Assembly (NCBI RefSeq): GCF_001194135.2
Contig: NC_068982.1
Span: 20,446,889 to 20,494,080, forward strand
Source: Octopus bimaculoides
Taxonomy: Eukaryota
Length of the DNA stretch: 47,192 nt
Reading direction: 5' to 3'
Under the pieces are notes generated by a model that ran no database searches, was not told the DNA's origin, and saw only the letters and a list, made by a program, of their open reading frames with translations. Below, piece after piece: positions 12,003 to 25,564 of this stretch (its first letter is position 1; every line of letters starts with the position of its first letter). The position numbers and the translations under genes are program-made.

Positions 12003-12150
12003 GGGGGTGAGCTGGCAGAAACGTTAGTACGCCGGGCGAAATGCTTAGCGCTATGTCGTCATTCTGAGTTAAAATTCTGCCGAGGTCGACTTCCATCCTT
12101 TCGGGGTCGAAAGATTAAGTACCAGTTGCACTAAATTAAGCACCAGTTGG
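12003..12150 (+). mobile_element. SINE family B, 3'-truncated
   Basis: GAGCTGGCAGAAACGTTAGTACGCCGGGCGAAATG...CCATCCTTTCGGGGTCGAAAGATTAAGTACCAG; aligns with 1351-1574 (rc). Confidence 0.85.
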
Positions 12151-12159
12151 GTTTAGCCT

Positions 12160-12450
12160 TTCTACTATCACCATGATGGGGCATCATCTTCAAAAATTTA
12201 ATTGATGATACTGACTTCAGTACGTATGTCATTGTGGCATTTATTTTATAGTACCCTGCTTGATGAACCGCTAACTGTGAGACAGTGGGGCACAATATTC
12301 GATTTAGCAATAAATGAAAACACACACACACATATATTAGGTGCAAGAATGACCGTGTCGTTGCGAAGTTTGCTTCAAAACCATATGGTCCTACGTTTAG
12401 TTCATCTGCTTGGTACCTTGGGAAGATGTTTCCTACTAACTCATATTGCA
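12160..12450. mobile_element. Two old SINE family A fragments (tail on minus, head on plus)
   Basis: CCATGATGGGGCATC..GAACCGCTAA resembles the tail rc; TAGGTGCAAGAATG..TTTGCTTC..GGTACCTTGGGAAGATG resembles the head. Heavily diverged. Confidence 0.5.
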
Positions 12451-14466
12451 ACCATGACAAAATAGAATGAAATGTACAAGAGAGATTTATGAGTTAAACC
12501 TTCAGAAAAGATATCATAGTGAACGTTGAAATATATCAGGGGAAAGTTCTGCTTGATCAAGGTTAACATAGGATTAGCCGAAACATCGACTTCTAAATAT
12601 ATTTATTCTGCTTTGAACCAAAGAAGTATTGAAATACAATGATAATTTCCATCAAATTTCCTTTAAGCTAATCCATCAAATTACCCTCGAATTTTTAAAA
12701 GATACGGCTCATTGTTATTAAGTAGTTTTATTCGTAGCTTTGTCTCTATATAAAATAGTGATTTCGTAGTTTTGTCTCTATATGAAATAGGGAATAAATC
12801 CCTCAAACACAGAAAGAAGGAATGAGTACGACGGGATAACACTACACGATATGTCCAAAAGATTGCAGAAGATATGGTTCTAAATAACTGCCAAGAACAA
12901 CACTATATATTTTTTTCATTAATAATTTAGTATTTACAATGTATATAGAAGAACCAATATTATTCATTGCCTCTTGGGAGCTGTTTGTATTTAGATAAAT
13001 AACGCAAAAATAAATTCTCAATTATGTTTAACCATTGGCAATTGTTGGAAGATGACATAAAATTACACTTGCGCGCATATACATTAATTTTCCCAAAACA
13101 ATTTACTTGTAGAAGGAACATTATTCTTGTTTTACAATGTAAAATTATTCATGCTTTTTTTCTTATTTCCTATTGAGATATGGACAATACATTTCATTAT
13201 AATTAGGTGTATGAATTTACTCAGAGGATTTAGTTACGCAGTACAATAATTTGGAGATATTTGTATTGACTTACTAGACATTGAATATTCAGTACAGCAG
13301 TCTATCCAGTAGAAATTTGCATTTGATTTCTCAGAAGACACAAGAAATTGTTTACCATATAGTAATTTCCCGTTTTTTAATGAATACCAAGAAACTTTTG
13401 TTCACCTTCACGTATTTTTTCTGATTCTTTTCTATATTCTTTCTCTGATAAATTTTGAACGAAGAAAAATTTTCATTGATATGAAATAAGTTTTGTAAAG
13501 AAACAATTAGTCTCTTTGTAAAGTAATGAATATATATTGAAAATATACTAGAGTCGCATTTATCTTTGAGTGCTTACAGCCTGATGCGTTTTTAAATTTA
13601 ATGCTGTACTTAAAAATCCCATAGGACTATAAATTGTCAAGTATCAATCTGATCTTGATAGAAAAACATGGTATTATATACTGATCCACATATGCACTCA
13701 CAGAGACGTATATATGTGCGTAAATTATTTTCATACACACAAACAAAAACACGCACACGACAACACACACAAACACATATACGCATGCATATAAGCGATT
13801 TTCAAAAATAAGTATTTATATACACCGTAATTTTCAGAATAACAATTCTATCACTAATGGAAATAATAGTATACATTCTAATAAATGTACAGTTATATAT
13901 TTTCTATTGAGGTAAATGTGTATTGCAGTGCATATGTAGAAAGATGTGCCCCAATTCCCAAGTGTGAGTGTGTGGATATCTGCTATGAAATATTATCAGA
14001 TCTATATGGCTGTTTAATAAATAGTCACGTGAATAATGCTGATTGAAAAGTAATAAATATATATTGAAAATAACAATATTTTGTATTCTCTAGATTTTAA
14101 TATCCAGGAGGTAGACGGATACGGAATAATTCAGTTAAGGAACGTTTAATCCCACACCCAAAGATTTGATGGTTGTGAACATGTAGACTTGCAAAACATT
14201 TTTGTGTTTAGAGATGCTTACACACCGATATACAGATATGTATGTATGTACGTATGTATGTATGTATGTATATATCTCTAAATTTATGTATGTATATCTT
14301 TGTGTGTATACAAGAGATACGTGAGATGGAGAGTTGCTGAAGTGGTCACAGGATGTGTGACGTGAGATTTAGAGAAAGAGCACTAAATAAGAAAAGTAAT
14401 AAAGCTGAAGTGAAAATCAAAGTATACAAAGCGTGTGGGTAATTGACAAAGAACATGACCATCTCC

Positions 14467-14475
14467 ATATATGTA

Positions 14476-14542
<67 letters not shown>

Positions 14543-14586
14543 TATATATATTCATACATATTTATGTATATATATGTGTGTGTGTT
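14467..14586. repeat. (TA)n compound microsatellite
   Basis: Direct reading; source of the YIYI ORFs. Confidence 0.95.
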
Positions 14587-14829
14587 TATACTTTGAAAGG
14601 TGTGATGCAAAGCGTGAAACTTTAAAAGATTGAGGTTCACAAGTAGTTCTACACTCTATTCCAATAGCGAACGTGATTTGACAATAATCATCTTGTTTTC
14701 GGAGAGGTTTCTGTGCACAATTTCAGACATTTTGGGTTCTTTTCGAAGGCTTAATTAGTTGTATCTCTTAATGAATCTAGTCATCATGCAAATGAAAGTA
14801 TCTTCGATATAATGTGGAGTCGTATAAGG

Positions 14830-15620
14830 AGACGTTTTATAGAGATTAGATTAGGCTTATTACGGACAATACCCTTAGAAAATAGTAATAACGGGAAATA
14901 ATGCCAGAATCTTTCGCGCAACACCATATCGTATACCAGGTTACGTATCTAGGATACTTGATGGACACCGAGGAGACAATTGCGATCTCGCATTCTGCCA
15001 GAGTTATAATGAGACTGCACATTTGTGCAGCCATCCACCGGACATTGTGGAAATTTGTTCGATGTCAAATATTTACCGGGGGAGGAAGATCTAATTCTCA
15101 GACAAAATTTCTACCGGGCCAGGTTTCCGAAACTGATTAGCCAAGAAGGAAACCGATCACTGATAACGGAACTTGTGAGAGATATATGCGCCCCAATGTT
15201 GAGACAAGATGGGGAAGGCATCATATAATATGCTAAGGCCCGCTCATCTTTTGTCATATGAATCCGTATCTTTTTACTTCCGAGATAGACTATAGGGTTT
15301 TCAACCTGCAACATACGTACCATAGAATATTTAACTAAACGGAAAACTCTTATGAAGCAGAGGTGGCCTGGATAATAGCGGCTACTGAACGGGAAAGTAT
15401 AATTTAGTCACTATGAACTCACAACCGTCGAGGTTGGGTTCGATTAAACCCCATAAACGGACACATATAATCATCCACTAGGTGATGCCCGGATCAATAA
15501 AGCCCGTGACAGTTGGAAGAGGCACAAGTGGGCTCATTGGGAACACCATGGCTAAGTGGGGAAAGGCACCCGTAAAGCACGAGTCTACCAAACAAGCTGG
15601 ATTCCAACAGAAATCGAAAT
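14830..15620. mobile_element. Probable L1/Tx1-like LINE 3' remnant
   Basis: GC-richer than flanks; plus-strand CDLAFCQSYNETAHLC (14981-15028) resembles the zf-RVT motif C..C....ET..H...C. The remainder is too decayed for a firm call. Confidence 0.4.
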
Positions 15621-16442
15621 GGGCATTTCTAACATCAGATGTTATGCTCCACCATTGAAACAGAAATGAAAAATTCATGGAAAATTCTATAGTAGAGAGA
15701 AAAATAGCTCTAGCGCTAGAGATTCTAGTAGGTTCATTCAGCATTGCAAATGGCGGAGATCCATATACATTTGATCAATGGAACTTTAGCAGAGATTGAT
15801 GACCTTTTATATTTTTAAATGGTGTCTAACAGCATTTTACAGACAAAGCTACGCATAAAATTACTTATTTTGATGCTTCAGTGTTATAACAGTAGAAATA
15901 AAATAATAAATTATTGCATGGATCTAAGTATTTAAGAAGTGGAACGTACAACTTCCTGTAGGTCAGACTGCTTCATAGACCAGCAGCAAAAGGAAAAAAA
16001 GTGGAAAAATTTGCCTTTCGATTTTGTAGATGTATTCTCATGAAGTATGATACTCAGATGGCTATTTTCATCTATCACTGCCTATATGCCTATAGTATAT
16101 ATATATATATATCAATGTGTGTGAGTGTGTGTCAGTGTGTGTGTACCTGTGTGTTTTGTATGTGCACGTATGTTTCCGCGTGCGTGTGTGTATTTATATA
16201 CAACCATAAACAACATACACATATACGCACACACTCACACACTCACAAACATACCATATATATACTTAAGCAGACACACATACATATACTTAGAAATAAA
16301 TATAGGAATAATTGTGACGTTCTTGTATGTTAATAAAAAAGGAAAAAAAATAGGCAAAAGGTGCCAGAAAATATAAATTTAAGTGAAGGAACTTCTATAT
16401 GCCTCAGGAAATATTTGAAGAGATGTATAGATTGCAGCACTT

Positions 16443-16490
<48 letters not shown>

Positions 16491-16515
16491 ACACATACAC
16501 ACACACACACACACA
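16443..16515. repeat. (CA)n microsatellite
   Basis: Direct reading. Confidence 0.95.
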
Positions 16516-17676
16516 AACAGTCACACAGACATATAGTATATATACATATACATACACAGAGATACGCCCACATACACACACACACACGCAGAGGCGGAAG
16601 AGAGATCAAGATATGTGAATATGGGATTGATTATTTACACGCAGCTTTTATATATTTGTATGGAGGTATTTGTTTGCGTTTGTGCGAATATACTTTGCAC
16701 GCACTACAAAAGAACTTTTGTAAAATATGGTCTTGTATATTGTTATTGTATGAAATACACGTCAGCAAAATTAGTTTAACAATCTCCCCCAATCTCACAA
16801 AACATTAATATTTCAAACTTTGAGTTTTAAAAGCATTGCAACAATACTTCATTTTCTATGTATTGTACAACTCATTCTAAAAGTCCTATATAAGAAATGA
16901 ACGAAATCTAATTCAATTTTCTGTTTCTGATTTTTATCAAATTATATGTAATTTTTTTGTCATTTCAAAAAATAATACTAGTTTTATTCAATTTTCCAGC
17001 TTTTCCTTCTCAGCCTTTAAAGCGATAATATTTTGATTATAGTATTATTGTTAATCTTTTCATATATTTTCCTCCGTCTACTATTTATTTTTATTTTTCA
17101 TAAAAAAATACATGTGTTTATGATTGATTCTTTTTTGTGTATATAAACGCCATCGGTGCAACATATAATCGCTACAATATTTGCAGCTAAGTTGGAAGTA
17201 TAAAACCCAATTTCGGTTAGTGAAATATAAAGCAAAAAAAGGCGAGTGAAATAGTTGGGAAAACAAATGGGCTCACTATATCAGCACTTATTGTCATAAA
17301 ACTAAGTTGTAATGATCTACTGGAAGTTTGTTCGACTTCCAGTATGTATGAGTATATTAGTTTAAAACAGATATACTTAGCACTGTCGTCGCTGAAGAAA
17401 GAACAAAAACTAAAATGTGCAGCCGTCATTTGAAGGTAATTTTGTAAATGAATTTATATGTATTCTGAATGCGCGTGGACTACTTCTTAGAACGCTGCAC
17501 TCACATATAAGCACACACGCACACACAAACACTCACACAGACAAGCACACATATTTGTGAGATGTAATATATGTTAAAATGTATATTTTTACCCGATGCA
17601 AAATTTCGGTGACATTATTTCCATGGTAATGTTGCACAATACCATTTACAGTTTAAAGAGCGGGTACTCAAGCACA

Positions 17677-17680
17677 CTAT

Positions 17681-17731
<51 letters not shown>

Positions 17732-17738
17732 AACAACA

Positions 17739-17799
<61 letters not shown>
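17677..17799. repeat. (TAC)n microsatellite interrupted by (CAA)3
   Basis: Direct reading. Confidence 0.95.
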
Positions 17800-17800
<1 letters not shown>

Positions 17801-18254
17801 AGTTACAGCTTTATGTAGATATTCATAATAGGCTGCTGTCTATACATATGTTAACTGACTTCCATATTGCGTAGAGTTATTAGTTATGAGACACAACAAA
17901 TGTAGGGAAAATATGTATCATATGAAATTTCCTGCCCGCATTCCTGAAGTATGGTTCTTTTGAGCCCTACGACTGATGTTGCAAATGTATATATACGGTC
18001 AAGTACAACGGAGCCTCAGGATAAAATAAAGTGCTCCCTGAGGTTCCATTAGGATCGATCATCTGTGTTCTTTTGGAAAATCTGACAAAGGGCTCGAAAC
18101 AAACGTAATTTGGAAATACGCGTAGGAACCTTAATATAAACTTGTGTTAAATCGTTTTTACCTATGCCTTTTATAAAAAAAAGATTGATAGTCTCCTAAC
18201 CAAGAAATTGAAAGCCTTATCGTAAGAATATCAAATCAGGATGAAAGAAGCTCA

Positions 18255-18360
18255 TACACGCGCACGCGCGTGCACACACACACGCACGCACACACACATA
18301 TAGACATATATAAGTATATGTATGTATGTGTATATATATGTATATACATATATGTATATA

Positions 18361-18451
<91 letters not shown>

Positions 18452-18495
18452 GTGTGTATATATATGCATGTATATATGTGCATGTGTGTGTGTGT
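18255..18495. repeat. Compound (CA)/(TA)/(TG) microsatellite
   Basis: Direct reading. Confidence 0.95.
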
Positions 18496-21400
18496 GAAAG
18501 GGAAAGACGGAATATGGAAGATACCACCATATTTATTGATCACTACAATTGTTTCGATCCATCAAGCTTCTATCCCTCACGGGTAGGGTACTGAACAACT
18601 GGCTTAGGCGTATCCGTTGGTGTAGATGTACGCTTTTCAATTTAAAAATTGTCTGAAATGATATTCGCAACATTCAGATCTGTTCGGAAGATACGATTAC
18701 CAGTCATTCTGTTTATCAGCATATTTTGCTAGTAGATTACAGCAATGAATCGAAGGAGAAAATTTGACAACAGTTGGTTTTCAGCTTAGAACAAAAAAAA
18801 GGGGTTGGGGCTGGAATGGAATTCTGAAATGCATTTTGTTTAACAGTCTGCTGGTTCGTGTTTACCATAATCGAACTCTCCTCTCAATAAACTACTTATA
18901 CCTAGTAGTTTTTGAAGGAAAGTCTCTATAATTAGGGTTTTAAACAGAGTGATATAAATATTTTCGAATTTATATCTACTCGTATGTAAAATATTTCCTG
19001 ATGGCATAACTGTCGTCTACTACTAGAACACGTACCTTCATAACACTAAGCTATAATTTGAAATGAAATTACGCTTTTCTCTCTAAGAGTTGTCTGATAC
19101 GATATTCGCAACATTCAGATCTACTTTAAAAATTTTGTATTACATTAGTGTGTGGCAGAAGCGCAATTTCAAACAAAATCAGTATAAGTGCTTCTATACC
19201 ATATAAGTACACATTCTGTTCAAATAATATGTGCATTTGATAGAAATACGAATATTGATAAACCGATATTTGCAATTATATTTTTATGATCATTAGACAT
19301 ATTCTGTAAAAAGAGTATTAAATATTGGCGTATTAAATATTGATATATAATTGTGATCAATCTCGCCTTATCTGACCACTAGAGAATACAAAACAAAGCT
19401 TAAATGATAGTTGTAACGATAATTAATATTACGAATGTGGAACGAAATACGATGCGCTGTCTCTGTATACAGCCCATTTCTTTTTAATTCAGCGTCCCAA
19501 AATAATAGAAAAAAATATTATGGAAGAATCTATCAATATTTAGATTATCTATATGATCAATTCCATCTTATATTATAATGCATCGATTGTACTAGGCAAA
19601 CGTTTTATTCCTCTGCTCGTGTGAAATTTTTATCTTTTTTGTCTTTGCGGAAACACTCTCTCCACTTTTCAGAAGCACACCGTGAATTGACCAGTTACTA
19701 CTCTACATTGTGGACGAAATTAGATTTCTTATCTGTTTCATAATAAAGATATCAGATTCGTTGTTGACCGAATAAAAAATAATGACATCTGTGAAACTTA
19801 ACCAGGGAAATCTGGTAACGTATTAAATAAATAGACAAATAACCTTCATATGGTACTTGCCGAATCTGGTTTTAATTTCTCTTGACAAACAACAAAACAC
19901 ATTTCATGGATATTTTCCATTGGTATTTGAATCGGTCGCTCAATTTATATGATAATTTAACAAGAAATGTATCATTAAGCGGAGATTCAAATGGATTGCT
20001 GAGGTCCAAATCTGTTTTCTCTTCCAAAGATTCTTTTCTGCTGTACTACCCATCAGAGTGTAGGAAGATTGACACTTATCCTAAGCAGTGCTTTGACCAA
20101 GGCTTATGCATAATATTCAAATCCTCCGTTGCAATGGAGGTATTTCAAAAGCTTGTTGTCCCTTTAATGTCTTCACATCTATCTTTCGTATTTACCGAGC
20201 GGTTAAAAAAAACATGATAGAAAGTGCGAGACTAGCAATAAAATATTTAAAAGTAAGGAAAATGTAACTTATTTGCGCACATCGGAGACATCTAGAAAAA
20301 TTAGACGGACGATATGTTTGTGTGTGTGAGTGTGCGTGTACTTGTGTGTGTATATGTATGCTGCATATCTATGTATCCTCATATAAGAAGTACAAGGAGT
20401 ATTCGATTAAACAACGAATTCTTATTATAAAATTCACTTATATATTTGGAGTATGCACATATTTTTGTTACCAAAGTTAGACAATATTTTGATTTCAAAT
20501 ATTTCAGATTCGAATCAACATACCTAATTAAAATCGAATTATAGGAACATTCACGTATAATGATGCCTGTTGCAATAAACTCTATAGAGAATTAAATACA
20601 ATGCGAATATTAAAAATATTTCTGAAAAATAGTGTATACAAAACCCCAAAGATTAATAATTTCAATAAAGTGCCAGTGAGGTAATATATGAAACATCAGT
20701 TATCTTCATCAGCTGCGGCAATTTATTTGTGCGAATTGCAGCTGGAAAATAAATTGGTGTATCGAAATGAAATACATTTTAGACATAAATTGCTTTGTAT
20801 GAAATTATAATTCTACATCTAATGTCTTATGCTTCAATACAAAATACCACTTGTTTTACGTTGGTTTTATTTTCATTCACCTACGAGGTAAATAAGTGGC
20901 ATGTGTTTAATTCTGGCTTGCTTTTAGTAGATCAATTATTTTATGTGCCGAGGATTTTCTATATATACGAGTATATATTTGCAAACGATTGTATGTGATT
21001 TATTTGTATCTGTGTGGATATACTGTGTAACGTGTTTCATTTTGCTTACCTGTTTGAGGCTGGATTATTTAGATGTCAATTTTCTTTAGGATATTTTGCA
21101 TGAGAAATTTGATGTTCGCTTTTCATTTTTATTGGGGATCTGATCACTAAACAAATATAAATATCTTTGAGTCTGTAGTCTGAGAGGATTCCAATTGCAT
21201 TCGTTAATGGTTGCCTGAAATGTGCAATTTTGTAGTATTTTGATATAGTTTAGGGGAACGTTTTCCAAGCTATTTATATATGAGGGTCCAGAAAACAAAA
21301 TAAACAGTAGAGTTTCTAGTTCTAGAAATATAATGACATTAATAAGCAAGCCACAAAATTTCATTAATAATACATCATAAAATAGCAGCAAAAAAGCAGA

Positions 21401-22879
21401 TGTAAAAGGCAAGTGCATGGTCTAACACAAACGAGATCACTCCCATGCAAATGAATATTATACCAAGTTGATGTAGCCTGTTCTCGACTAATTATCTCGT
21501 TGGTCTGAACATCAAGTCGGAAGTCAAACAGTCAACTTCAGTGACTCATACATTCTAAAAAAAAAAAATATTCAACACACATATCACATGCTCGACAAAT
21601 GAAATATATATATACATGTGTGTATGTGTGTGTGTGCGTGCGTGTTCTTTTATTTAAATGCATGCATTTATTGTTTGTAAAGTGGGTAATGTCTGTACAA
21701 CCGAAAAGTCTAAAACAGTAATACAAATGTTACAGCCTTGATGGGAATGGAACATTTGATTTTCGTTTTCCAACGTCATTTTCGTCATTCCTATCCGTGT
21801 CGGTCAGAAACATAATATATTGCTTGAAACTTAAAAAAAAAAAATACCAAAATTACTATGTGCTTATTTGTGAATCTTGTGCATATATATTGAAACGGAA
21901 TAATGGCAATATATATGTGTGTAAAACTATGAGTATGTATGCCGTTGCCATGTATGTGGGCATGCGTGTGTATGCACGAGTATTTATTTATGTACGTATA
22001 CGGTGTATGTGTATGCATATAGTATATATACATATGTATGTATCTGAGTGTGTGTGTGTCTGTGTGTGTGTGTATGTATATATAACAGTTATTTGAGAGG
22101 GCTTCTGTAAAATTACTCCTTTGATTTATTCTATCCACTGTGTATCTGTACATAAGTTCATAAGGTCATTATACTCATATATGTAATTGCTCAATAAATA
22201 TTATCTTAATATCCGTAATGCAGTTAACTCTAAACCTCGATATAAATTTCAAAAATATATTACGTTCGGTAGTTAAATTTTGATAATTATATAATATTTC
22301 CTGCTAGTATGAGCATAAAAATTTCATTATCTCACATTATACGACTTAGAAACATATACTTATTCTGCACATCTCTTGAGTATCTAAAATTCAATAATTT
22401 ATAATATATCTCCAAATTTTTATATTGTATGCCATGAATATTATAATAATCTAAAGTTTATTGGGAATTTAATATTCTATTGATACCTAATTGTGGCCTG
22501 TTCAAATTTCTAAAATATAACCAAATAATAAATAATGTTATAAAGGACACATCTAAATCTAATGTCATTAGGAATTATAAGCTATCACTAGCAGTATACT
22601 TGTTCATTCTCTTCGCAGTCAAAGCGTGATTGCACAACAAATATAATCTATTTTGTCAAAGGCAAAATAGAGACAATAGAAAGTGTCACATTAGCAGCAC
22701 GTTGCAATATGTGGATGCGAAAGTGTAATGATTGTAATGCAAAATGTCTTTGCTCTGATTTCGATGTAATATGTCGTAACTAAACCCTCTATGCAATTCA
22801 ATTTTAAAAAGAAAATAATATGCTAATATCCCCAAATAGTTATGCATTTATTGATGCATACTCATACACACATATGTAC

Positions 22880-22915
<36 letters not shown>

Positions 22916-23280
22916 NNNNNNNNNNNNNNNNNNNNNNNNNNNNNNNNNNNNNNNNNNNNNNNNNNNNNNNNNNNNNNNNNNNNNNNNNNNNNNNNNNNNN
23001 NNNNNNNNNNNNNNNNNNNNNNNNNNNNNNNNNNNNNNNNNNNNNNNNNNNNNNNNNNNNNNNNNNNNNNNNNNNNNNNNNNNNNNNNNNNNNNNNNNNN
23101 NNNNNNNNNNNNNNNNNNNNNNNNNNNNNNNNNNNNNNNNNNNNNNNNNNNNNNNNNNNNNNNNNNNNNNNNNNNNNNNNNNNNNNNNNNNNNNNNNNNN
23201 NNNNNNNNNNNNNNNNNNNNNNNNNNNNNNNNNNNNNNNNNNNNNNNNNNNNNNNNNNNNNNNNNNNNNNNNNNNNNNNN
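22916..23280. other. Assembly gap (others at 2491-2500, 26879-27310, 32013-32425, 33228-33639, 36819-37410, 40178-40688, 41245-41889, 44561-44679)
   Basis: N runs, mostly flanked by microsatellites. Confidence 0.99.
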
Positions 23281-23309
23281 TATATATATAATAGGTCGCG
23301 ATGAATGTA

Positions 23310-23880
23310 TTGTTACATTTCAAGATGAGGAAGAAAACATATACTGCATTTGTCCTACTTTAATAATTCCACAATTTATGCCGTCGAGCTGAAGATTCTT
23401 TCGATTTGGGAGTAAAGAAACTCTGAATATCATTTTAACATTTGTAAATGTTTCCTATCTAAACAATATTTGCTATGATCTAAAGTAATGATAGTCAACT
23501 GAAGTGAGATCGGTAAATTATGTAGAATGCGAACAAGCTTTTGACATATTCTTTCCCTGAGTGACTTGAGCAATATTTGCTGTTGCATTATCGTGCAAAA
23601 GTAACAATGCCTTATTACTGACCAATGATGAGTGAATTTTCAGGCACAAATTTCCGATTGAGATATAGTACACAACATTAACTGTTTAGTTTGAGCTTAA
23701 CTCTTCATGATAGACGGCATCCTTGATATACCACCAAATACAGATCATACGTTTCTCATGTGGAGTCCTGGTATTGAAATTTTCATTTATTATTTGATAT
23801 AGATCATTGTTATTGTTGTTGTAAATGATTATTAAGGATACCCTTTTCGTCAGTTGTGATGAATGCACTCAGGAACTCTA
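23310..23880 (-). mobile_element. mariner (DD34D-type) transposase remnant
   Basis: Minus strand: MICIWWYIKDAVYHEEL (ORF 23686-23868), ALLLLHDNA (23584-23610) and DLTSVDYHYFRS (23477-23511), matching LCIWWD..LLLHDNA..SPDLAPSDYHLFRS. Confidence 0.85.
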
Positions 23881-25183
23881 CACTTCAATGACGAGCAGAG
23901 AGCAACACTTTGATAAAGCTAAGAAACAATCAGATTATATGATACAAACTGACCAAATTTAGGCAATTTTTTCTAGTTCATGGCGTTTTATGGTTGAATT
24001 GTGACTTGAATTAAACTACTTTACTAATTTGTCTATAGAGTTCGTTCTGGATTTTCCGTAAGTATGGTTGTCAGAAGCTAATCATTGACAAAACGTGTGC
24101 ATCCAGATCAAGAAAGATTAAAACAATATTGATACGAATTTAACCACCATGATATAAAGATATCTATAAAAGACTGTAAAAACTAATGTATATTTTACCG
24201 TGTGCAAATACCGAAAGGCTTTCTTCTCGGCTAATATGTATACATTAAATTAAAAATTTTGAAAACATAAAACGATTGGCTTTTTTACTTTTTTAAAATC
24301 TTACCTATAGCTTGCCTTCGAATTTTCCTAAGCTATTGCAAATTGAGCGTCAAATATCTAATAAACTTTTCCTGGGAAATTGTGTAGCTTACATAGAATT
24401 CTAATAAAATAAAACTTAATCATATTTGAACGATTACGTTAATTATCAGTCTCTGCATGAAACACGTGAGGAATGACACAAAGAAAACTTATAGAATAGA
24501 AATTTTGTGAAAGGTTTCAACCAGCTGTTCACATATTAATTTTTTGTTCAAGTTGGCAATGACATTCTCTTTTATCATAAAAATAACTTTTCTGAGATAA
24601 TCAACTTACATATATAAAATAACCCTCCTATTTCCATTTTTTTATCGATTCAAGGCTGATATATATCAAATCATCATAAGAGTACTAATGCAGAATGCAT
24701 TCAGTAATTAGTTCTGTTCCTGTTATTGTGATCTTTAAACGTTTAAAAAGGGTGTTCAGTACTTTGTTTGATATCTAAGCTGTGGCATCTATTACATGTC
24801 ACCTAAAATTTATTTACTTTATTGATACCAGCACAAAATACCTTGATATGGATAACATTGCAATTAAAAACACAATGCAAAAGTGCAACATACACATGGA
24901 ATGATGAATGCATAGCTTACAAACTCTCTCAGAATAAACTAAGTGGTTATAGAGTATTTATATCTAATTTAGACTCCATTTCCTTTCAAAAGTCCCTCAA
25001 GTGGATGGCATTCAGAAGATGCTTATACAGCGAAATACATATCAGTTGGTCTGGTGATCAATTCGGGGGCAATTTCGTTTAGCTTATTTTTTATGTATTG
25101 TTAACGTTATAAGCATTATAATGTGTTTACTGGAAAAAGAGAGCAGCTTCTACTATTTAAATAACACATGCACTTAAGTATGG

Positions 25184-25184
<1 letters not shown>

Positions 25185-25241
<57 letters not shown>
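25185..25241. repeat. (TCTA)n microsatellite
   Basis: Direct reading. Confidence 0.95.
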
Positions 25242-25242
<1 letters not shown>

Positions 25243-25420
25243 TGTTTCTTTACTTGTTTCACTCATTAAACTGCGGCCATGCTGGGACAGCACTTCAAGA
25301 AATTTAGTCAGACAAACTGACCTTGGTACTTATTCATGGAGTATCAATTCAGGAACCGGTTGGTTACGAGAATGTGAAAACACACACAGCAGATTTAAGT
25401 GTGGTGGCAAACACACAAAC
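25243..25420 (-). mobile_element. SINE family A 3' tail, degenerate
   Basis: TTCTTTACTTGTTTCACTCATTAAACTGCGGCCATGCTGG aligns with 2201 and 44203; followed by the internal (CA)/(TA) run. Confidence 0.75.
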
Positions 25421-25513
25421 ACATGCGCGCGCGCACATACACACACATACATTATACATACACACACATACGCACACACACACAAACACACACAGATACA
25501 TACATACATACAT

Positions 25514-25564
<51 letters not shown>

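Noticed and set aside
17224-17433. 69-codon ATG-less plus-strand frame, antisense to a listed ORF
   Set aside because: No acceptor with a pyrimidine tract, no recognisable domain, and the length is within chance expectation.
19880-20200. Faint Tc1-like words on minus (WVVQQ, IPMENI)
   Set aside because: Many stops and the wrong spacing; cannot be distinguished from chance without an HMM search.
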